DNA of 64,000 nt from Macrostomum hystrix (taxonomy: Eukaryota > Animalia > Platyhelminthes): NCBI GenBank assembly GCA_950097015.1, contig CATNEN010000039.1:3782001-3846000 (forward strand). The letters are read 5' to 3'. The notes below the pieces were generated by a model. It was not told the origin of the DNA, searched no databases, and saw only the letters and a program-made list of their open reading frames with translations. Below are positions 24,160 through 37,087 of the stretch, in pieces (position 1 is the first letter of the stretch; each line of letters begins with the position of its first letter). The position numbers and the translations under genes were made by a program.

Positions 24160-26457
24160 CCCCATCATGTTTCTGCTGCTGCTGCTAGATCAGCCGAAGC
24201 AGCAGGTCTGTCGCAGGAGGCGCAACAGAATCTAAAATCCGACAATGAACGTGATCAAGCACTTATTGAGTCCAATAATACAAACAACGATGAACCGGTT
24301 GCTCAGTCGGAGGAGACGAAAAAAGAAGAGCAACATGAGAAAGAAAAAACTTCAGCGGCTGCTGATGAGAAGCATGAGGAAGAGCCTGCTCCAGAGGCTG
24401 CTGATGAGAAGCACGAGGAAGAGCCTGCTCCAGAGGCTGCTGATCAGAAGCATGAGGAAGAGCCTGCTCCAGAGGCTGCTAATGAGAAGCATGAGGAAGA
24501 GCCTGCTTCAGTGGCTGCTGATGAGAAACCTGATGAAGAACATGCTCAAGAGGCTGCTGATGAGAAGCACGAGGAAGAGCCTGCTCCAGAGGCTGCTGAT
24601 CAGAAGCATGAGGAAGAGCCTGCTCCAGAGGCTGCTGATGAGAAGCACGAGGAAGAGCCTGCTCCAGTGGCTGCTGATGAGAAGCACGAGGAAGAGCCTG
24701 CTCCAGAGGCTGCTGATGAGAAGCATGAGGACGAGCCTGTTCCAGTGGCTGCTAATGAGGGGCATGAGGAAGAGCCTGCTCCAGAGGCTGCTGATGAGAA
24801 GCATGAGGAAGAGCCTGCTCCAGAGGCTTCTAATGAGAAGCATGAGGAAGAACCTGCTTCAGTGGCTGCTGATGAGAAACCTGATGAAGAACATGCTCAA
24901 GAGGCTGCTGATGAGAAGCACGAGGAAGAGCCTGCTCCAGAGGCTGCTGATGAGGAGCACGAGGAAGAGCCTGCTCCAGAGGCTGCTGATGAGGAGCACG
25001 AGGAAGAGCCTGCTCCAGAGGCTGCTGATGAGAAGCATGAGGAAGAGCCTGCTCCAGAGGCTGCTGATGAGGAGCACGAGGAAGAGCCTGCTCCAGTGGC
25101 TGCTGATGAGAAGCACGAGGAAGAGCCTGCTCCAGAGGCTGCTGGTGAGAAGCATGAGGACGAGCCTGTTCCAGTAGCTGCTAATGAGGGGCATGAGGAA
25201 GAGCCTGCTCCAGTGGCTGCTAATGGGGGGCATGAGGAAGAGCCTGCTTCAGTGGCTGCTGATGAGAAACCTGATGAAGAACCTGCTCAAGAGGCTGCTG
25301 ATGAGAAACCTGAGGAAGAGCCTGCTCCGGTGGCTGCTGATGACAAACGTGAGAAGGTGCCTGCTCCAGTTGCTGCTGATGAGAAGCACGAGGAGGAACC
25401 TACCCTACAGGCTGTCAATGAGAAATGCGAAGAAGAAAATACTCCGGCGGCTGTTGTGGAAAATAATGAAGAACCTTCTTTTGATGCTTTTAATGAGATA
25501 CCTGACGAGGAATCTGCTTCACAAGCTGTAGAAATTGAGGAAGAACCCTCTCCTGAGGATTTTGAGAATAAACGTCGGGAAAACCAAATTTTTGAGGCTG
25601 TTGAAGAAAAAGACTGTAGGGAGAAACGGGTTGAGTCTTCCCCGGTTGTTGAGTTGGACCATGACGAACAACCAGCTTCTGAAGCTGTTAATGAGAAGCA
25701 TGATGATAGGCCTACTCACGGAGTTGAGAATTATGAGGAAAAACACGACATTTTGGTTGCTGAAGAAGATCCAGATTCTGTACCTTCGGGTACTGTTGAA
25801 GAGGTCGATAAAGATGCCGCTAACAAAAAAAATTGCGGATATTATTCTCCTAGTGACATGCTCAAAGAAGACCCGATCGCCATTGAGGAAAGGCACGAGC
25901 AAGAGAAATTAGAGGATGACAAAGTAGCTGAACAGAGTCTGCATGATACAGCAACTGAAGCAGCTAATCAGATACCTGAAAAGTCTGCAGAGGGTTCTAC
26001 CGAAGACACCAGAGAGGCTGAGTTTCATTTCAACGAAAAGCAATTCGAGGACCCATCTGCTGCTGATCCGACGAGGGAAGAATATAACCTTAACGACGAA
26101 AACCTCGCGACGCGAGATTTTAACTCCCAATCAGTTGACGAGACACTTAACAATGAGAAACTAGCGGAATGCCAAAGTGAGACTGAGCCTCTCATGACGG
26201 AGACTGTGGCTGCTGAAAAAGCCTATGACGAAGATAACCCAGCTGGAGCAGTTGGCTTTGCCTCGGAGCAGGTTGAACAAACAAGTCGGCCACCTGCTGA
26301 AGCGGCAGAGACGGCGGCACCAGCGGAGGAGTTGCAGAAGGAGAAGAAGAAGAAGAAGAAGAACAAGAAGAAAAAGAAGAAGGCCGATCAGCCAGCTGGT
26401 GAAGCGCAAAAACAGCTCATGGAGGGAGAAGCGGTTGGTGACAAGGCGCCTGCATAA
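24160..26457 (+). CDS. Gene 1 large acidic exon, probable alternative terminal exon (39-bp HEEEPAPEAADEK repeats, poly-Lys near the end)
   Basis: Frame is open from 24148 to TAA at 26455-26457; branch-like CCCTAAC plus AAAG acceptor ending 24159 (alternative acceptor ends 24216); phase 0; repeats span about 24358-25395. Confidence 0.8.
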   Translation, partial: PHHVSAAAARSAEAAGLSQEAQQNLKSDNERDQALIESNNTNNDEPVAQSEETKKEEQHEKEKTSAAADEKHEEEPAPEAADEKHEEEPAPEAADQKHEEEPAPEAANEKHEEEPASVAADEKPDEEHAQEAADEKHEEEPAPEAADQKHEEEPAPEAADEKHEEEPAPVAADEKHEEEPAPEAADEKHEDEPVPVAANEGHEEEPAPEAADEKHEEEPAPEASNEKHEEEPASVAADEKPDEEHAQEAADEKHEEEPAPEAADEEHEEEPAPEAADEEHEEEPAPEAADEKHEEEPAPEAADEEHEEEPAPVAADEKHEEEPAPEAAGEKHEDEPVPVAANEGHEEEPAPVAANGGHEEEPASVAADEKPDEEPAQEAADEKPEEEPAPVAADDKREKVPAPVAADEKHEEEPTLQAVNEKCEEENTPAAVVENNEEPSFDAFNEIPDEESASQAVEIEEEPSPEDFENKRRENQIFEAVEEKDCREKRVESSPVVELDHDEQPASEAVNEKHDDRPTHGVENYEEKHDILVAEEDPDSVPSGTVEEVDKDAANKKNCGYYSPSDMLKEDPIAIEERHEQEKLEDDKVAEQSLHDTATEAANQIPEKSAEGSTEDTREAEFHFNEKQFEDPSAADPTREEYNLNDENLATRDFNSQSVDETLNNEKLAECQSETEPLMTETVAAEKAYDEDNPAGAVGFASEQVEQTSRPPAEAAETAAPAEELQKEKKKKKKNKKKKKKADQPAGEAQKQLMEGEAVGDKAPA

Positions 26458-27894
26458 AAATCGCAGCGATGCTTTCCTTTAGGCATGCATTTTTCGCATG
26501 TGGCCTGTTGCTTTAAAGCATCCTTGCAGTCATTACAGTCCTTGCACAGCGCTTTATGGCATGCGTGCTTGTGTTTTAGAGCATTTGTTTTACAATAGTT
26601 ATTTTAGCTATAACGGATTCAACACTATGCTCAAATATTATCCTTTACTTTTTTGTGGCTTAGCTATTTTATCTGGTGTTGATAATCTGCTTTCGCCATT
26701 ATTATTCTCGCACTTGACCTAGAGATTTATAAAATAAGCAGAAAAGCTGGCTTAAAGCTTAATTTTTTTCTGTTAGCAACGTTAGTTACAGTAAGCTCTG
26801 TTGGCTGGAAAAAAGCAGTAATATGCATTGTGAGGGCGTTGCCATGAGCCTTGTAATGGTGCGAGTCATTCACGTCAGTTGGAATTATTTCTCCAGCTAC
26901 TGCCAGATCAGATACCGGCTGTTTAAGTAGTGAGTTGAAATATAGGGAGGGAGAGAACGAATTTGGGAGAAAAGGCAGACGTTTACGAATAAAAGTGCAG
27001 GTTTCGGGTGTGGCTCCCCTTCTATCATATAGCCGAAATATCTGCCATCTGTCTTTCCTTTCTGTGTTTCGCTTTCATGTGTACAGTTGCTGCCTGAATG
27101 CTAAATGTGTCCATAATCTCTCGCCAATCCTATTTCTGGTGGAAGGGCCTAGTTTTCTTCCTATTTTTCTTCTTGACTAACATTCCTTGTCTCTTTCGGA
27201 CGCATGCATCTCACAGAAGGCTGCGGAATCAAGGTTATCATGTTATTTTTTTCCACACACTCTAACCCATTTTAACAATCCCTGAAAATCATGTCGGCAC
27301 CTGCGATTCTACAACTTATTAAAACAGTCAGCATCTCATAGCACTGGCTCTTTAAATCTTTAAATCAGATTTGATAGTTACGAGCTAAAATGAAACCTTC
27401 CCAATGCGTGAACATGGATTTCAATTTAAAAAATATTAGCTCTTTTCCCCCATATAACTGAGGATTCGAACCCAGCTGCAAATCTGCTGTAAATCTACAG
27501 AATGAAACCGTATAAATAAGTCGAGCAATAAACCAGGCCCCTGCACTAGAAGTTATTAAAGTGATACAAGTGAAAACGGATTTACCTAAAGCCAAGCCAG
27601 CGAATCAGAGTTCAGTTCCCTAATTGGCCGCCCAGTGGATATAAATACAGCTACCTGCTAAAATATGACTGCTATGTGTGGAATTTTCCGAATCGCCGTG
27701 ATTAGTTAAAATCTCAAAATCAAAACAAAGCGAATGGACGAGTGCAAGTCTGGCTTAGTGAGGCAACTGATTGCGTACTTCTCTCATTATGCAAATGACC
27801 ACGCATCGGTATGCAAATTTGTGCTATGCGCAACATTGTGCAGCATTAGTTGCAAACTGGGATTATAGCTGAAAGCTTATACTAGAATATTAGC

Positions 27895-30800
27895 TGGAAA
27901 CGCAGCTAGAATCGTTGGTGGAAGGGCAGCTAGAATCGTTGGTGGAAGGGCAGCTAGAATCGTTGGTGGAAGTGCAGCTAGAATCGTTGGTGGAAGTGCA
28001 GCTAGAATCGTAGGTGGAAGTGCAGCTAGAATCGTTGGTGGAAGTGCAGCTAGAATCGTTGGTGGAAGCGCAGCTAGAATCGTTGGTGGAAGTGCAGCTA
28101 GAATCGTTGGTGGAAGTGCAGCTAGAATCGTTGGTGGAAGTGCAGCTAGAATCGTTGGTGGAAGCGCAGCTAGAATCGTTGGTGGAAGCGCAGCTAGAAT
28201 CGTTGGTGGAAGTGCAGCTAGAATCGTTGGTGGAAGCGCAGCTAGAATCGTTGGTGGAAGTGCAGCTAGAATCGTTGGTGGAAGTGCAGCTAGAATCGTT
28301 GGTGGAAGTGCAGCTAGAATCGTTGGTGGAAGCGCAGCTAGAATCGTTGGTGGAAGTGCAGCTAGAATCGTTGGTGGAAGTGCAGCTAGAATCGTTGGTG
28401 GAAGTGCAGCTAGAATCGTTGGTGGAAGGGCAGCTAGAATCGTTGGTGGAAGTGCAGCTAGAATCGTTGGTGGAAGTGCAGCTAGAATCGTAGGTGGAAG
28501 TGCAGCTAGAATCGTTGGTGGAAGTGCAGCTAGAATCGTTGGTGGAAGCGCAGCTAGAATCGTTGGTGGAAGTGCAGCTAGAATCGTTGGTGGAAGTGCA
28601 GCTAGAATCGTTGGTGGAAGTGCAGCTAGAATCGTTGGTGGAAGCGCAGCTAGAATCGTTGGTGGAAGCGCAGCTAGAATCGTTGGTGGAAGTGCAGCTA
28701 GAATCGTTGGTGGAAGCGCAGCTAGAATCGTTGGTGGAAGTGCAGCTAGAATCGTTGGTGGAAGTGCAGCTAGAATCGTTGGTGGAAGTGCAGCTAGAAT
28801 CGTTGGTGGAAGCGCAGCTAGAATCGTTGGTGGAAGTGCAGCTAGAATCGTTGGTGGAAGTGCAGCTAGAATCGTTGGTGGAAGTGCAGCTAGAATCGTT
28901 GGTGGAATCGCAGCTAGAATCGTTGGTGGAAGTGCAGCTAGAATCGTTGGTGGAAGTGCAGCTAGAATCGTAGGTGGAAGTGCAGCTAGAATCGTTGGTG
29001 GAAGTGCAGCTAGAATCGTTGGTGGAAGCGCAGCTAGAATCGTTGGTGGAAGTGCAGCTAGAATCGTTGGTGGAAGTGCAGCTAGAATCGTTGGTGGAAG
29101 TGCAGCTAGAATCGTTGGTGGAAGCGCAGCTAGAATCGTTGGTGGAAGCGCAGCTAGAATCGTTGGTGGAAGTGCAGCTAGAATCGTTGGTGGAAGCGCA
29201 GCTAGAATCGTTGGTGGAAGTGCAGCTAGAATCGTTGGTGGAAGTGCAGCTAGAATCGTTGGTGGAAGTGCAGCTAGAATCGTTGGTGGAAGCGCAGCTA
29301 GAATCGTTGGTGGAAGTGCAGCTAGAATCGTTGGTGGAAGTGCAGCTAGAATCGTTGGTGGAAGTGCAGCTAGAATCGTTGGTGGAATCGCAGCTAGAAT
29401 CGTTGGTGGAAGTGCAGCTTAGAATCGTTGGTGGAAGGGCAGCTAGAATCGTTGGTGGAAGCGCAGCTAGAATCGTTGGTGGAAGAGCAGCTAGAATCGT
29501 TGGTTGAAGCGCAGCTAGAATCGTTGGTGGAAGTGCAGCTATAATCGTTGGTGGAAGCGCAGCTAGAATCGTTGGTTGAAGCGCAGCTAGAATCGTTGGT
29601 GGAAGCGCAGCTAGAATCGTTGGTTGAAGCGCAGCTAGAATCGTTGGTGGAAGCGCAGCTAGAATCGTTGGTGGAAGGGCAGCTAGAATCGTTGGTGGAA
29701 GGGCAGCTAGAATCGTTGGTGGAAGGGCAGCTAGAATCGTTGGTGGAAGTGCAGCTAGAATCGTTGGTGGAAGCGCAGCTAGAATCGTTGGTGGAAGGGC
29801 AGCTAGAATCGTTGGTGGAAGGGCAGCTAGAATCGTTGGTTGAAGCGCAGCTAGAATCGTTGGTGGAAGGGCAGCTAGAATCGTTGGTGGAAGGGCAGCT
29901 AGAATCGTTGGTGGAAGCGCAGCTAGAATCGTTGGTGGAAGCGCAGCTAGAATCGTTGGTTGAAGCGCAGCTAGAATCGTTGGTGGAAGCGCAGCTAGAA
30001 TCGTTGGTGGAAGGGCAGCTAGAATCGTTGGTGGAAGGGCAGCTAGAATCGTTGGTGGAAGGGCAGCTAGAATCGTTGGTGGAAGTGCAGCTAGAATCGT
30101 TGGTGGAAGCGCAGCTAGAATCGTTGGTGGAAGGGCAGCTAGAATCGTTGGTGGAAGGGCAGCTAGAATCGTTGGTTGAAGCGCAGCTAGAATCGTTGGT
30201 GGAAGGGCAGCTAGAATCGTTGGTGGAAGGGCAGCTAGAATCGTTGGTGGAAGCGCAGCTAGAATCGTTGGTGGAAGCGCAGCTAGAATCGTTGGTTGAA
30301 GCGCAGCTAGAATCGTTGGTTGAAGCGCAGCTAGAATCGTTGGTTGAAGCGCAGCTAGAATCGTTGGTTGAAGCGCAGCTAGAATCGTTGGTTGAAGCGC
30401 AGCTAGAATCGTTGGTTGAAGTGCAGCTAGAATCGTTGGTGGAAGCGCAGCTAGAATCGTTGGTGGAAGCGCAGCTAGAATCGTTGGTTGAAGCGCAGCT
30501 AGAATCGTTGGTGGAAGCGCAGCTAGAATCGTTGGTGGAAGCGCAGCTAGAATCGTTGGTTGAAGCGCAGCTAGAATCGTTGGTGGAAGCGCAGCTAGAA
30601 TCGTTGGTGGAAGGGCAGCTAGAATCGTTGGTGGAAGGGCAGCTAGAATCGTTGGTGGAAGGGCAGCTAGAATCGTTGGTGGAAGTGCAGCTAGAATCGT
30701 TGGTGGAAGCGCAGCTAGAATCGTTGGTGGAAGGGCAGCTAGAATCGTTGGTGGAAGGGCAGCTAGAATCGTTGGTTGAAGCGCAGCTAGAATCGTTGGT

Positions 30801-33800
30801 GGAAGGGCAGCTAGAATCGTTGGTGGAAGGGCAGCTAGAATCGTTGGTGGAAGGGCAGCTAGAATCGTTGGTTGAAGCGCAGCTAGAATCGTTGGTGGAA
30901 GGGCAGCTAGAATCGTTGGTGGAAGTGCAGCTAGAATCGTTGGTGGAAGTGCAGCTAGAATCGTTGGTGGAAGCGCAGCTAGAATCGTTGGTGGAAGTGC
31001 AGCTAGAATCGTTGGTGGAAGGGCAGCTAGAATCGTTGGTGGAAGCGCAGCTAGAATCGTTGGTGGAAGAGCAGCTAGAATCGTTGGTTGAAGCGCAGCT
31101 AGAATCGTTGGTGGAAGTGCAGCTATAATCGTTGGTGGAAGCGCAGCTAGAATCGTTGGTTGAAGCGCAGCTAGAATCGTTGGTGGAAGCGCAGCTAGAA
31201 TCGTTGGTTGAAGCGCAGCTAGAATCGTTGGTGGAAGCGCAGCTAGAATCGTTGGTGGAAGGGCAGCTAGAATCGTTGGTGGAAGGGCAGCTAGAATCGT
31301 TGGTGGAAGGGCAGCTAGAATCGTTGGTGGAAGTGCAGCTAGAATCGTTGGTGGAAGCGCAGCTAGAATCGTTGGTGGAAGGGCAGCTAGAATCGTTGGT
31401 GGAAGGGCAGCTAGAATCGTTGGTTGAAGCGCAGCTAGAATCGTTGGTGGAAGGGCAGCTAGAATCGTTGGTGGAAGGGCAGCTAGAATCGTTGGTGGAA
31501 GCGCAGCTAGAATCGTTGGTGGAAGCGCAGCTAGAATCGTTGGTTGAAGCGCAGCTAGAATCGTTGGTGGAAGCGCAGCTAGAATCGTTGGTGGAAGGGC
31601 AGCTAGAATCGTTGGTGGAAGGGCAGCTAGAATCGTTGGTGGAAGGGCAGCTAGAATCGTTGGTGGAAGTGCAGCTAGAATCGTTGGTGGAAGCGCAGCT
31701 AGAATCGTTGGTGGAAGGGCAGCTAGAATCGTTGGTGGAAGGGCAGCTAGAATCGTTGGTTGAAGCGCAGCTAGAATCGTTGGTGGAAGGGCAGCTAGAA
31801 TCGTTGGTGGAAGGGCAGCTAGAATCGTTGGTGGAAGCGCAGCTAGAATCGTTGGTGGAAGCGCAGCTAGAATCGTTGGTTGAAGCGCAGCTAGAATCGT
31901 TGGTGAAGCGCAGCTAGAATCGTTGGTTGAAGCGCAGCTAGAATCGTTGGTTGAAGCGCAGCTAGAATCGTTGGTTGAAGCGCAGCTAGAATCGTTGGTT
32001 GAAGTGCAGCTAGAATCGTTGGTGGAAGCGCAGCTAGAATCGTTGGTGGAAGCGCAGCTAGAATCGTTGGTTGAAGCGCAGCTAGAATCGTTGGTGGAAG
32101 CGCAGCTAGAATCGTTGGTGGAAGCGCAGCTAGAATCGTTGGTGGAAGCGCAGCTAGAATCGTTGGTGGAAGCGCAGCTAGAATCGTTGGTGGAAGGGCA
32201 GCTAGAATCGTTGGTGGAAGGGCAGCTAGAATCGTTGGTGGAAGGGCAGCTAGAATCGTTGGTGGAAGTGCAGCTAGAATCGTTGGTGGAAGCGCAGCTA
32301 GAATCGTTGGTGGAAGCGGCAGCTAGAATCGTTGGTGGAAGGGCAGCTAGAATCGTTGGTGGAAGCGCAGCTAGAATCGTTGGTGGAAGGGCAGCTAGAA
32401 TCGTTGGTGGAAGGGCAGCTAGAATCGTTGGTGGAAGCGCAGCTAGAATCGTTGGTGGAAGCGCAGCTAGAATCGTTGGTGGAAGCGCAGCTAGAATCGT
32501 TGGTGGAAGGGCAGCTAGAATCGTTGGTGGAAGCGCAGCTAGAATCGTTGGTGGAAGCGCAGCTAGAATCGTTGGTGGAAGGGCAGCTAGAATCGTTGGT
32601 GGAAGGGCAGCTAGAATCGTTGGTGAAGCGCAGCTAGAATCGTTGGTGGAAGCGCAGCTAGAATCGTTGGTGGAAGCGCAGCTAGAATCGTTGGTGGAAG
32701 CGCAGCTAGAATCGTTGGTGAAGCGCAGCTAGAATCGTTGGTGGAAGGGCAGCTAGAATCGTTGGTGGAAGCGCAGCTAGAATCGTTGGTGAAGCGCAGC
32801 TAGAATCGTTGGTGGAAGCGCAGCTAGAATCGTTGGTGGAAGCGCAGCTAGAATCGTTGGTGGAAGCGCAGCTAGAATCGTTGGTGGAAGGGCAGCTAGA
32901 ATCGTTGGTGGAAGCGCAGCTAGAATCGTTGGTGGAAGCGCAGCTAGAATCGTTGGTGGAAGTGCAGCTAGAATCGTTGGTGGAAGCGCAGCTAGAATCG
33001 TTGGTGGAAGCGCAGCTAGAATCGTTGGTGGAAAGCGCAGCTAGAATCGTTGGTTGAAGCGCAGCTAGAATCGTTGGTGGAAGCGCAGCTAGAATCGTTG
33101 GTGGAAGGGCAGCTAGAATCGTTGGTGGAAGGGCAGCTAGAATCGTTGGTGGAAGGGCAGCTAGAATCGTTGGTGGAAGTGCAGCTAGAATCGTTGGTGG
33201 GAAGCGCAGCTAGAATCGTTGGTGGAAGGGCAGCTAGAATCGTTGGTGGAAGGGCAGCTAGAATCGTTGGTTGAAGCGCAGCTAGAATCGTTGGTGGAAG
33301 GGCAGCTAGAATCGTTGGGTGAAGGGCAGCTAGAATCGTTGGTGGAAGCGCAGCTAGAATCGTTGGTGGAAGCGCAGCTAGAATCGTTGGTTGGAAGCGC
33401 AGCTAGAATCGTTGGTGGAAGCGCAGCTAGAATCGTTGGTGGAAGGGCAGCTAGAATCGTGGTGGAAGGGCAGCTAGAATCGTTGGTGGAAGGGCCAGCT
33501 AGAATCGTTGGTGGAAGGCGCAGCTAGAATCGTTGGTGGAAGCGCAGCTAGAATCGTTGGTGGAAGGGCAGCTAGAATCGTTGGTGGAAGCGCAGCTAGA
33601 ATCGTTGGTGGAAGAGCAGCTAGAATCGTTGGTTGAAGCGCAGCTAGAATCGTTGGTGGAAGTGCAGCTAGAATCGTTGGTGGAAGCGCAGCTAGAATCG
33701 TTGGTGGAAGCGCAGCTAGAATCGTTGGTGGAAGCGCAGCTAGAATCGTTGGTTGAAGCGCAGCTAGAATCGTTGGTGGAAGCGCAGCTAGAATCGTTGG

Positions 33801-35582
33801 TGGAAGGGCAGCTAGAATCGTTGGTGGAAGGGCAGCTAGAATCGTTGGTGGAAGGGCAGCTAGAATCGTTGGTGGAAGTGCAGCTAGAATCGTTGGTGGA
33901 AGCGCAGCTAGAATCGTTGGTGGAAGGGCAGCTAGAATCGTTGGTGGAAGGGCAGCTAGAATCGTTGGTTGAAGCGCAGCTAGAATCGTTGGTGGAAGGG
34001 CAGCTAGAATCGTTGGTGGAAGCGCAGCTAGAATCGTTGGTGGAAGCGCAGCTAGAATCGTTGGTTGAAGCGCAGCTAGAATCGTTGGTTGAAGCGCAGC
34101 TAGAATCGTTGGTTGAAGCGCAGCTAGAATCGTTGGTTGAAGCGCAGCTAGAATCGTTGGTTGAAGCGCAGCTAGAATCGTTGGTTGAAGCGCAGCTAGA
34201 ATCGTTGGTTGAAGTGCAGCTAGAATCGTTGGTGGAAGCGCAGCTAGAATCGTTGGTGGAAGCGCAGCTAGAATCGTTGGTTGAAGCGCAGCTAGAATCG
34301 TTGGTGGAAGCGCAGCTAGAATCGTTGGTGGAAGCGCAGCTAGAATCGTTGGTTGAAGCGCAGCTAGAATCGTTGGTGGAAGCGCAGCTAGAATCGTTGG
34401 TGGAAGGGCAGCTAGAATCGTTGGTGGAAGGGCAGCTAGAATCGTTGGTGGAAGGGCAGCTAGAATCGTTGGTGGAAGTGCAGCTAGAATCGTTGGTGGA
34501 AGCGCAGCTAGAATCGTTGGTGGAAGGGCAGCTAGAATCGTTGGTGGAAGGGCAGCTAGAATCGTTGGTTGAAGCGCAGCTAGAATCGTTGGTGGAAGGG
34601 CAGCTAGAATCGTTGGTGGAAGGGCAGCTAGAATCGTTGGTGGAAGCGCAGCTAGAATCGTTGGTGGAAGCGCAGCTAGAATCGTTGGTGGAAGGGCAGC
34701 TAGAATCGTTGGTGGAAGCGCAGCTAGAATCGTTGGTGGAAGTGCAGCTAGAATCGTTGGTGGAAGGGCAGCTAGAATCGTTGGTGGAAGCGCAGCTAGA
34801 ATCGTTGGTGGAAGTGCAGCTAGAATCGTTGGTGGAAGGGCAGCTAGAATCGTTGGTGGAAGCGCAGCTAGAATCGTTGGTGGAAGTGCAGCTAGAATCG
34901 TTGGTGGAAGGGCAGCTAGAATCGTTGGTGGAAGGGCAGCTAGAATCGTTGGTGGAAGGGCAGCTAGAATCGTTGGTGGAAGTGCAGCTAGAATCGTTGG
35001 TGGAAGCGCAGCTAGAATCGTTGGTGGAAGGGCAGCTAGAATCGTTGGTGGAAGGGCAGCTAGAATCGTTGGTTGAAGCGCAGCTAGAATCGTTGGTGGA
35101 AGGGCAGCTAGAATCGTTGGTGGAAGGGCAGCTAGAATCGTTGGTGGAAGCGCAGCTAGAATCGTTGGTGGAAGCGCAGCTAGAATCGTTGGTGGAAGGG
35201 CAGCTAGAATCGTTGGTGGAAGCGCAGCTAGAATCGTTGGTGGAAGTGCAGCTAGAATCGTTGGTGGAAGGGCAGCTAGAATCGTTGGTGGAAGCGCAGC
35301 TAGAATCGTTGGTGGAAGTGCAGCTAGAATCGTTGGTGGAAGGGCAGCTAGAATCGTTGGTGGAAGCGCAGCTAGAATCGTTGGTGGAAGTGCAGCTAGA
35401 ATCGTTGGTGGAAGGGCAGCTAGAATCGTTGGTTGAAGCGCAGCTAGAATCGTTGGTGGAAGGGCAGCTAGAATCGTTGGTGGAAGGGCAGCTAGAATCG
35501 TTGGTGGAAGCGCAGCTAGAATGGTTGGTGGAAGCGCAGCTAGAATCGTTGGTGGAAGTGCAGCTAGAATCGTTGTTGGAAT
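27895..35582. repeat. Large satellite array, 24-bp unit GCAGCTAGAATCGTTGGT(G/T)GAAG(T/C/G/A), ~320 copies, intronic in gene 1
   Basis: Direct inspection; higher-order periods of 480 bp and 1584 bp. Confidence 0.97.
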
Positions 35583-35849
35583 CTTATGTTAATGATTGAG
35601 TTTAGCACACGCTGTCAGTCCCGATGTTTTGAGTTTTCCTGTTTTTAATGAGCTTACCGCTTGAGTTTTACATTGATATGAATCTGGATTCTTTTTAAAT
35701 ACTTTTAGCTAGGTTGATATGCATATTGCTTGTCGTCGCAATGCTACTTCCCTAGTGCATGTCCTACTCAATCAGCTGCTAGCCTAATATGATCAATCAG
35801 GGACTATGCCTAATATCGAGTTTTTTGCTTTCTAAAAATGAATTTGCAG

Positions 35850-35934
35850 AGCGACAAGCCGACTGCCGAGTGCACCGCTGATGATGAAGCAAAGAGTGTC
35901 GAAGCTGCGGTTAAGATTCAAGCCGGGTTCCGAG
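35850..35934 (+). CDS. Gene 1 exon, first half of IQ motif 2
   Basis: SDKPTAECTADDEAKSVEAAVKIQAGFR-G; acceptor TTTGCAG, donor GTGAGG; phase 0/1. Confidence 0.88.
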
Positions 35935-36048
35935 GTGAGGATTTTAATGCACTGCTGAATCCCAAACAATTATGAATCAACTAACTTCAACTAACCAGAA
36001 TGAAGTGAGTGCGTGGCCTCACAAAACTCCCGCCCACAAACTCAACAG

Positions 36049-36108
36049 GCATGCAGGCGCGCAGGGAGGTGGCTGAGATACGCAAAGTGCGCGATAGTGC
36101 CGCCCCGG
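36049..36108 (+). CDS. Gene 1 exon, second half of IQ motif 2
   Basis: Completes IQAGFRGMQARREVAEIRK; acceptor CAACAG, donor GTGAGA; phase 1/1. Confidence 0.85.
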
Positions 36109-36612
36109 GTGAGACCAGTCAGTATTAAGCACCTGGGCCTGTATTGTACAGCACTTTGCTTCTATTTGTTGTCCAATCTTCAATGAGTTCACTGTAGCTG
36201 TTCTTTCGGATAAATTAGTCTTGCATTAGTCTTCAGGGCATATTCCGGTGCATTTGCCCGGCAAAGCCTATTGTTGTGGCAACTTGTTTTGCAACGAATA
36301 TTATTTGTTGTATGACAATTTCCAATTCAACGAGTGAAGCAGTTTGTGGATGACAAGGGAGGCAATCAAGGATGGCTTTCGGTTTTATAATAAGCATGAG
36401 ATTGCATCGCTTTTATGTGTGCGAAGTTATTGTAGTAAATATTGCTTTGTAAGTTTTTTAACACAAAGATTTCCAAACCTTACTTGCAAGTTGCCTGATT
36501 CACCTGCCGAATTGGAGTTCAACTGAATCAATGAAATCAATTTTAGCTCCGCAATATTGTTACTTTTATCGCATATATTTTTTAACTGAAATCTGTTCTT
36601 CATAAAAACGAA

Positions 36613-37087
36613 AGATCATGTGCAAACTGGGGATCATGTGCAAACTGGAGATCATGTGCAAACTGGAGATCATGTGCAAACTGGAGATCATGTGCAAACT
36701 AGGCCAGGATCATGTGCAAACTAGGCCCGGATCATGTGCAAACTGGAGATAATGTGCAAACTAGGCTAGAATGATGTGCAAACTAGGCTAGAATCATGTA
36801 CAAACTGGGGATCATGTACAAACTGGACATAATGTGCAAACTAGGCTAGAATGATGTGCAAACTAGGCTAGAATCATGTACAAACTGGGGATCATGTGCA
36901 AACTGGAGATCTGTGCACTGTGCAAAATAGGCTAGAATGATATGCAAACTGGGTCTGGATCATGTCTAATTTATGCCGAAGTCATGTCCAAACTAGGCCG
37001 GGGTCATGTACAAACTAGGCCTGAATCATGTGGCCTGAATCATGAATCTCGGCCGGAATAGTGTGCAAACTGGGGGATCACGTGCAA
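36613..37087. repeat. Degenerate 18-22-bp tandem repeat (GATCATGTGCAAACTGGA)
   Basis: Direct inspection. Confidence 0.85.

Noticed and set aside
28014-35599. Long ORFs of (EVQLESLV)n, up to 688 aa, and open minus-strand frames (LPPTILAA)n
   Set aside because: They follow from a 24-bp unit lacking stops in some frames; they have no ATG, are broken by stops and indels, and I found no flanking splice signals.
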